In this document: positions 23,146-27,776 of the stretch, one piece after another
Layout: each line of letters begins with the position of its first letter
Numbering within the stretch: the stretch's first letter is position 1
Virus record (IMG/VR): IMGVR_UViG_3300044446_000044
Span: 1 to 27,776 of that record
Source: a virus
Lineage: Duplodnaviria; Caudoviricetes
Strand: one strand, 5' to 3'
Length of the DNA: 27,776 nt
Notes under the pieces: generated by a model
Seen by the model: only the letters and a program-made list of their open reading frames with translations
Told to the model about the DNA's origin: nothing
The model's database searches: none
Position numbers and translations under genes: made by a program

Positions 23146-23650
23146 GAACCACCTCTGGATGAACGAGATGCCACCGGACGAGCGTGAGGAGTTGGCCAAG
23201 GCGGTTGAGTTGCTTCAGACAGCCTGAAGTCGCTTTCGCTAGGCAGTCATTACACGTACATTGTCCCCAGAAGTTGTCATGCCAGGAATTGCCTTCAACG
23301 AGGACGGCGTCGGATGTTCGCAGGAGCTTCTCCTTCAGCTGCGGGTCCTTGAACTTCTCCGTCAGCAGGTGGAACATGACATCTTCCTTGATCGAGTCCC
23401 AGTCGGGGCGAGCCGGTCGGGCATGCCCGAGTTCCTTTGCGGCGCCGGGTGAAGCCGCGGCGTGGATTTCATCTCGTTCTGCAGGAGTCAGAAACTTCGA
23501 CGCATGGAACGCATGTTCTGTCGTTGGCCACCATCTTGGATCGTTTCCGCACAGGCCGTAGTGCAGATGGATCGTCCCAGGTTTGCAGGGGTAGAAGTTC
23601 GAGAGGAAGAAGTACTTGTCCCTGAAACGGTTGATCACGGAGATTGTCAT
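23135..23650 (-). CDS. NADAR (YbiA/DUF1768) family N-glycosidase
   Basis: FLSNFY, TTEHAF.A.KF, P..AK.LG, DW, KF, LVEGN.W.D.FWG and N.LG.LL..VR. Confidence 0.9.
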   Translation of the reverse strand: MTISVINRFRDKYFFLSNFYPCKPGTIHLHYGLCGNDPRWWPTTEHAFHASKFLTPAERDEIHAAASPGAAKELGHARPARPDWDSIKEDVMFHLLTEKFKDPQLKEKLLRTSDAVLVEGNSWHDNFWGQCTCNDCLAKATSGCLKQLNRLGQLLTLVRWHLVHPEVVHGG

Positions 23651-23651
23651 G

Positions 23652-24095
23652 TCAATGCTTCCGGTCGAGACTTTCGAGGTCTATCTTGAAAAGATCGGCA
23701 TCTGAAATGTCTGGTGGGATGCCAAAATGTTCGAAGAGCGCTTCGATCTCGAGTTGATTCGCCTTCCGGACGACGTTTCTTTCTATCCGCGCCGTGAGGA
23801 TTGAGAGGACGACGTTGCTTATCGGCATGGCCACTTCGAGGCGTGACGCATGGATCCGCATTACGTGTGCCGTGAGGAATCTGATTTGCATGATGGTTGC
23901 ACCCCGAAGATTCTCCTCACGCGTCAGGGCGTGTTTGTACTTCCACTTGTGGGTCTTCGAAAGGCGTCTCTTCGGGACGAAGGGGTGATGCCAGAATACT
24001 TGAGCTCCCTTGTGAGTCAGGCACATACCTGATGCGAACGGATACGTTGTCGGGTCGATGCGCGGTGGAACTGAGAGGTCGAATTCGTTTGGCAT
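23652..24095 (-). CDS. Hypothetical protein
   Basis: ATG at 24095 with GGAGGAG RBS; 147 aa. Confidence 0.65.
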   Translation of the reverse strand: MPNEFDLSVPPRIDPTTYPFASGMCLTHKGAQVFWHHPFVPKRRLSKTHKWKYKHALTREENLRGATIMQIRFLTAHVMRIHASRLEVAMPISNVVLSILTARIERNVVRKANQLEIEALFEHFGIPPDISDADLFKIDLESLDRKH

Positions 24096-24135
24096 GATGT
24101 CTCCTCCGACTGATGTCTCCTCCCGACTGACTGAC
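24095..24135. repeat. Tandem duplication of a ribosome-binding-site segment
   Basis: tgatgtctcctccgac / tgatgtctcctcccgac / tgactgac. Confidence 0.85.
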
Positions 24136-24138
24136 CGC

Positions 24139-24474
24139 CTAGCGAACGACTGGCCAAGAAAACGTCCCTGGTCCCGTTCCGACGATCCGTGACGTTGCCC
24201 AAAAGACATCAGTTCCATCGAGGAAGACTTGTCCGTTGACGGCGGATGTCGGATTAGCTCCCCACACTCGCGTGATCAGCATGGGGAAGACACTTCCCTC
24301 CTGGACGGAGTTTCCAACGTGTGCTTGCGCGCCCTCGTGCCAGGTGGCAGTTTCCAGTCTCACCGCGATGCTCGTACCCGTCGTCCGTCGACGATTTACC
24401 TGCGTCGCGTCGTCTGCTGAAAGCCGATAGTGTACAATCCTTCCGATTGACGGAATCTGCTCATTCATCTCCAT
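24139..24474 (-). CDS. Hypothetical phage protein
   Basis: PSIGRIVHY...P.LITRVW...VNGQVFLDG.D..W.TS...WP pattern common in phages. Confidence 0.8.
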   Translation of the reverse strand: MEMNEQIPSIGRIVHYRLSADDATQVNRRRTTGTSIAVRLETATWHEGAQAHVGNSVQEGSVFPMLITRVWGANPTSAVNGQVFLDGTDVFWATSRIVGTGPGTFSWPVVR

Positions 24475-24670
24475 CTCCTCCCATACGGGCCAGCGCCCGA
24501 CCGACTTTTGCGAGGTCCTCCTGCTCGAGCCAGACGCGGAAGGCCAGAACGCATGCGCCGTCGATAGGCAGCTCTATCGTCACATCGACGGTGTTTTTCG
24601 GAAGCTCGTAGCCCTCAGCGCGAAGAGCTGCGAAGAGCGAAATCTCTGGACTATGGTTAATGGCCATCAC
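24461..24670 (-). CDS. Small hypothetical protein
   Basis: 69 aa; GTGA overlap with folE. Confidence 0.65.
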   Translation of the reverse strand: MMAINHSPEISLFAALRAEGYELPKNTVDVTIELPIDGACVLAFRVWLEQEDLAKVGRALARMGGDGDE

Positions 24671-25359
24671 GGTTTTCCGATTAGCGTCAACAGTTCTGTC
24701 CGGGCGGCGGCATTCAGCAGGAACGCTCCCTTCATAGCAGACGTCACGACGTCACCGTCTGTCTCCACTCCACGAAGGGTCATGCAGGTGTGCTGGCCGG
24801 CGATGATCACGCCTGCAGCTTTCGGCTCCAGCCGATCCCAAAGCTCGTCGCAGATCGCACGAGTCAGCTCCTCCTGTTTGATCGGCTTTGTCAGGTGCTG
24901 TTCGCAGGCGCGGGCCAGCTTGGACAAACCGAGAACCCGTTTTTGGGGAATGTACGCGACATACGCTCGCATGATCACCGGGAGGAGATGATGCGGACAG
25001 AGACCGAAGAGTTTATGCCCCCGAAGGAGAATGACTTCGTCATACTCCCCTCCCGGGAAAGTTGCCCAGTTGTTCGCTTCCGGCGTGAGCAGCTCTGCGT
25101 ACATCTTCGCGACACGGCGGGGCGTGTCGAGGAAGTCAGGGTCCGCAGTATCCACGCCCATTCCTTCGAGCAGACGCTCGACCCCTTCCTCAAGAGCCTG
25201 CAGATTCAATACGCGCGGAGGTGGAGGAGCGCTCGCCTCGACGATCGCAGCCAGGCGCTCAATCTCCAGCTGCATATCCGCCTTCACTCCACGGAGCGCG
25301 GTGTTCGCAGATTCCAACTGTTCGATTCTGTCATCTGATATCTTTCGCCGGCTTTTCAT
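24667..25359 (-). CDS. folE: GTP cyclohydrolase I with N-terminal coiled-coil extension
   Basis: DTPRRVAKMY, LCPHHLLP, AYIP, GLSKLAR, QEELT and HTCMTLRGV; AAGGAG RBS and ATGA overlap at 25359. Confidence 0.93.
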   Translation of the reverse strand: MKSRRKISDDRIEQLESANTALRGVKADMQLEIERLAAIVEASAPPPPRVLNLQALEEGVERLLEGMGVDTADPDFLDTPRRVAKMYAELLTPEANNWATFPGGEYDEVILLRGHKLFGLCPHHLLPVIMRAYVAYIPQKRVLGLSKLARACEQHLTKPIKQEELTRAICDELWDRLEPKAAGVIIAGQHTCMTLRGVETDGDVVTSAMKGAFLLNAAARTELLTLIGKP

Positions 25360-25583
25360 TCTGCGGACTCCTTCGCGAGGTTGACCAACTGTCTGATGTT
25401 GACGTCTTTCCAATATGTGTTCTTTGCGAAGAGGCCTGCTGCCTTCATCGCGAGGAAGACGAAGCGGTCGTCGGACGACGAACAGATGTCTGAGTTCTCC
25501 TGCAACCACGTGACACGACGGCTGACGGAGGACGCCGCACGTCCTTGCCCACGGGTCAACGTCATTCTTTGTCCACGGGCCAT
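25356..25583 (-). CDS. Small hypothetical protein
   Basis: 75 aa, coupled to folE. Confidence 0.6.
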   Translation of the reverse strand: MARGQRMTLTRGQGRAASSVSRRVTWLQENSDICSSSDDRFVFLAMKAAGLFAKNTYWKDVNIRQLVNLAKESAE

Positions 25584-25679
25584 CTGAACTTTCGTCCTGC
25601 TGTGTCTAAACTAAAGATTGGGGAAGTTGAGAAAGAGATCCGGACGTTCGACGGTCAGTCCACGTTTCGACTTTGGCCA

Positions 25680-25943
25680 TTAGCGTCTTGCGTGGGCTTT
25701 GATCTTTCGATCACAGACTAAGCAGAACGGTCCGATTTCGTTCGCGCCGAAGAAATATCGAACGTCTGTCTGGAGAAGGAGGACTCTGCAGTTGATACAC
25801 GCAGCGATATCTTGACGATATGCGGCGAGAGCGTGGGCCGCTTGGAAGACAAGCCACTCGTGATCGTTCACACCGTTTTGGTCGACGATCTCTTGGAGAA
25901 AGACTTCGAGTGAGACAGGCGTGTTAAACGTCAGGACTGTCAT
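25680..25943 (-). CDS. Zn-ribbon hypothetical protein
   Basis: ATG at 25943 (ATGA overlap); CINC...GPFCLVC. Confidence 0.65.
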   Translation of the reverse strand: MTVLTFNTPVSLEVFLQEIVDQNGVNDHEWLVFQAAHALAAYRQDIAACINCRVLLLQTDVRYFFGANEIGPFCLVCDRKIKAHARR

Positions 25944-26035
25944 CCGCCCTCTTCTTCCCGATCGACGTTTCCAGATCGCGCAGGTGATCGCGCTTGGAAC
26001 CACGTCTGTCCAACTCCAACTCCTACCTGCGTCAT
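25940..26035 (-). CDS. 31-aa ORF, possibly a truncated gene
   Basis: MTQVGVGVGQTWFQARSPARSGNVDREEEGG; ATGA overlaps at both ends. Confidence 0.4.
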   Translation of the reverse strand: MTQVGVGVGQTWFQARSPARSGNVDREEEGG

Positions 26036-26208
26036 CGTGGCTCCACGTAGAGGACGTATCGACGGGACGTAAATCCACCGTCAACGATCTGAAGGAGACT
26101 TCCCGGCTCAAGCTCGTCGAGGTGCTCGACTCCGTCCGCTAGACACGCGTCGACTTCTGCGTCCTCAGACCACGATTCCATCAGATCGAGAATATCCCGT
26201 TTCGTCAT
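26032..26208 (-). CDS. 58-aa acidic hypothetical protein
   Basis: Read manually: MTKRDILDLMESWSEDAEVD...; ATGA overlaps. Confidence 0.65.
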   Translation of the reverse strand: MTKRDILDLMESWSEDAEVDACLADGVEHLDELEPGSLLQIVDGGFTSRRYVLYVEPR

Positions 26209-26435
26209 GATCTCACCATCGGTTCGATATCGTTTACAAGGGCAAGCGCCTGAGCGATGTCAGGCCTCCCGCCGATCATGAGGTAGCCAGAAAGAATTCC
26301 GCAGATGAATCCGATTCGAGCTCCGTCATCGATCGGTGCATGCGCGTATGGATTACCATCTTCGATCGCCTGGCGGATCATGACTTCGTCGAATGAAATC
26401 GGAACGAGAAGGCGAAGTTCCCTGGCTGTAGTCAT
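26205..26435 (-). CDS. Small hypothetical protein
   Basis: 76 aa; ATGA overlaps. Confidence 0.65.
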   Translation of the reverse strand: MTTARELRLLVPISFDEVMIRQAIEDGNPYAHAPIDDGARIGFICGILSGYLMIGGRPDIAQALALVNDIEPMVRS

Positions 26436-26806
26436 TTCGCTAGGTCTCCAAGAACCTTTACGAGCTTATCGTATTCGACGGGATCGATTTTTGTTGACCA
26501 ATCAGCACCAGGTCGATAGAAGGACGACCACGGCCCGCTGACAGCATCGAGAAGGAACGGTCCTCCGATCACGCCGATCGGATAGAGATCGATGATGTTA
26601 TCGTGCGGAGTTACGATCCACGAATGTTCGTAAGGTCGGTCAGAAAACCACCCGTCGATAGCCGGCAGGCCGAAAGCCTTTCCGAAGGCATGCGCGATTA
26701 GATGACAAGAGGCGTTTGTGAGTGGGAGATATTCGAGTACGCGGACCATACGGTAAAACATGCTTTGGTCGTCGACAGCGATTACGCGCGTAGCGTGAAC
26801 TATCAT
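26432..26806 (-). CDS. Putative transglutaminase/papain-like fold protein
   Basis: SCH..A (Cys), EHSW (His) and IID (Asp) in triad order and spacing. Confidence 0.5.
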   Translation of the reverse strand: MIVHATRVIAVDDQSMFYRMVRVLEYLPLTNASCHLIAHAFGKAFGLPAIDGWFSDRPYEHSWIVTPHDNIIDLYPIGVIGGPFLLDAVSGPWSSFYRPGADWSTKIDPVEYDKLVKVLGDLAK

Positions 26807-26820
26807 ATTGGACTCACGGC

Positions 26821-27219
26821 TTACGAATGGCAAGTTCCCGGACAGAGGATGTGACCGCACTTCGTGCACGTTGGAACGTTTTCGATGTCGAGCTGGATCG
26901 GGGCGGTAAACGGTCGGCCATGTCGCTCCGCAGCGCGTGATTCCAGGAGGAAGATCGAGCCTTGCAGCAGGGTGATGATCTTGAAGTTATCTGGATGAGG
27001 AATCTGACCTTCGACGTATTTGACTCGGTCGATCAAGGCGCGGAGGACCTCTTGCATCGTCGTGCCGGGATAGTGGCCGACGTTCCCCGGATATCCCGGA
27101 CCCTCTCGTTTGACGAACGTCAGGCGGTTAGGTGGATCGCAGTTTTCGAGTGGTACGACGAATGGCTTACCATCCAGCCAGTGGAGGTCGTATGCGTGTC
27201 CAGGATCGACGATTTTCAT
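26821..27219 (-). CDS. Putative Tad1-like immune-signal sponge with C-terminal Cys/His motif
   Basis: GH.Y, L.F.K, GTT..EVL..LIDR, P...N..IT.L and LL..R...R..R follow the Tad1 pattern as recalled; C-terminal CTKCGH..C...C. Confidence 0.5.
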   Translation of the reverse strand: MKIVDPGHAYDLHWLDGKPFVVPLENCDPPNRLTFVKREGPGYPGNVGHYPGTTMQEVLRALIDRVKYVEGQIPHPDNFKIITLLQGSIFLLESRAAERHGRPFTAPIQLDIENVPTCTKCGHILCPGTCHS

Positions 27220-27776
27220 GCGGGTCTCATGACGCCTAGCGCCTTGAAAGAGTTGATCCAGGCACGGACTTTGCTCATGCCCGGAGGGAGCGGAGTCACC
27301 GTCAGGAAGTATTCCGCTGTCACTGCTCCGGGAATGAAACTCCCATTCAATGCTTCTGCGATGTGATGAGGTCCTTCAACCACGTGCATAGCATCGATCG
27401 GCAGCATCAGAAGAAGAAGTAGAACGAAGAAGACACGAAGGACGCTTCCGACGGGTGAGTGATCGATCGGAAACATGCGCAGAGCTCGGCTCCCTCGGCG
27501 GACGTCTGCATCTGCGTCGTCGAGCTCGGCACAACGGAATACGTAGATCGACAAGACGCCGATGCTACAGATCACGCTCGTGAGGTCTGCCCGAACTTTC
27601 AGCATCGGCCACCAGTAGTCAGCGAGACGAACAATCTGCGATATTCCCGCGAGGATCAGGCAGCACTTTGCAAGGAAGTAGGTCGTCCGGCCCGTCAGTC
27701 GTTGGAACCAATGAGCGAAACGGGTCGCCAGTCGATGTAGCGGACCGTCGATGGTCTCGATCGCGATCCAGAAGAC
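27216..27776 (-). CDS. Membrane protein, 5'-truncated by the window edge
   Basis: Frame open to 27776 (VFWIAIETIDGPLHRL...); several hydrophobic segments. Confidence 0.7.
   Translation of the reverse strand, partial: VFWIAIETIDGPLHRLATRFAHWFQRLTGRTTYFLAKCCLILAGISQIVRLADYWWPMLKVRADLTSVICSIGVLSIYVFRCAELDDADADVRRGSRALRMFPIDHSPVGSVLRVFFVLLLLLMLPIDAMHVVEGPHHIAEALNGSFIPGAVTAEYFLTVTPLPPGMSKVRAWINSFKALGVMRPA

Larger units (their letters stand above)
1..27776 (-). mobile_element. Segment of a dsDNA bacteriophage/prophage genome (early/middle replication and host-interaction genes)
   Basis: About 55 co-oriented genes with overlapping start/stop codons, many under 100 aa. Phage-type PolA, DUF3987 helicase, ligase and free-standing endonucleases are present, with no cellular housekeeping operon structure. 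Confidence 0.92.

Noticed and set aside
131-27740. Numerous plus-strand ORFs in the track (e.g. 3747-4448, 8238-9104, 15333-16028)
   Set aside because: They are antisense shadows of well-supported minus-strand genes, with no motifs or RBS support.
1-27776. tRNA genes, CRISPR arrays, integrase/att sites, stop-codon recoding
   Set aside because: No cloverleaf, regularly spaced repeats or recombinase were seen; genes are intact under the standard code and all three stop codons are used.
1-27776. Apparent abundance of GATC/TCGA palindromes as evidence of restriction resistance
   Set aside because: Not quantified, and plausibly explained by codon usage (ATC/GTC followed by GAN); needs a Markov-corrected count.

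Overview
All credible genes in this window lie on the minus strand. They are densely packed and translationally coupled (mostly ATGA/GTGA/TGATG overlaps with GGAG/GAGG ribosome-binding sites), and many are tiny. This layout and gene content identify the early/middle (replication and host-interaction) region of a dsDNA bacteriophage or prophage. No virion structural module, integrase, tRNA or CRISPR array is visible. Replication genes: a family-A DNA polymerase fused to an N-terminal family-4 uracil-DNA glycosylase domain, a DUF3987-type P-loop helicase, an ATP-dependent ligase with a SWIM finger, and RNase HI fused to a macrodomain-like domain. A probable 7-deazaguanine DNA-modification pathway is represented by FolE and a divergent TGT-fold/DpdA-like protein sitting between the polymerase and the helicase. 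Candidate counter-defence or nucleotide genes: NADAR, a Tad1-like sponge, MazG-like and nucleoside-deoxyribosyltransferase-like proteins. The most striking block is a complete envelope module: a PspA-like coiled-coil membrane protein, a solute-binding protein fused to OmpA, a membrane protein, an ABC permease and an ABC ATPase, with a vWA protein downstream. Also present are two intact NUMOD3/DUF559 endonucleases, the deleted remnant of a third, two exported proteins (DUF4082 and a Tat-signal protein) and three sigma70-like promoter candidates. All family calls come from motif recognition by eye; no database search was run.
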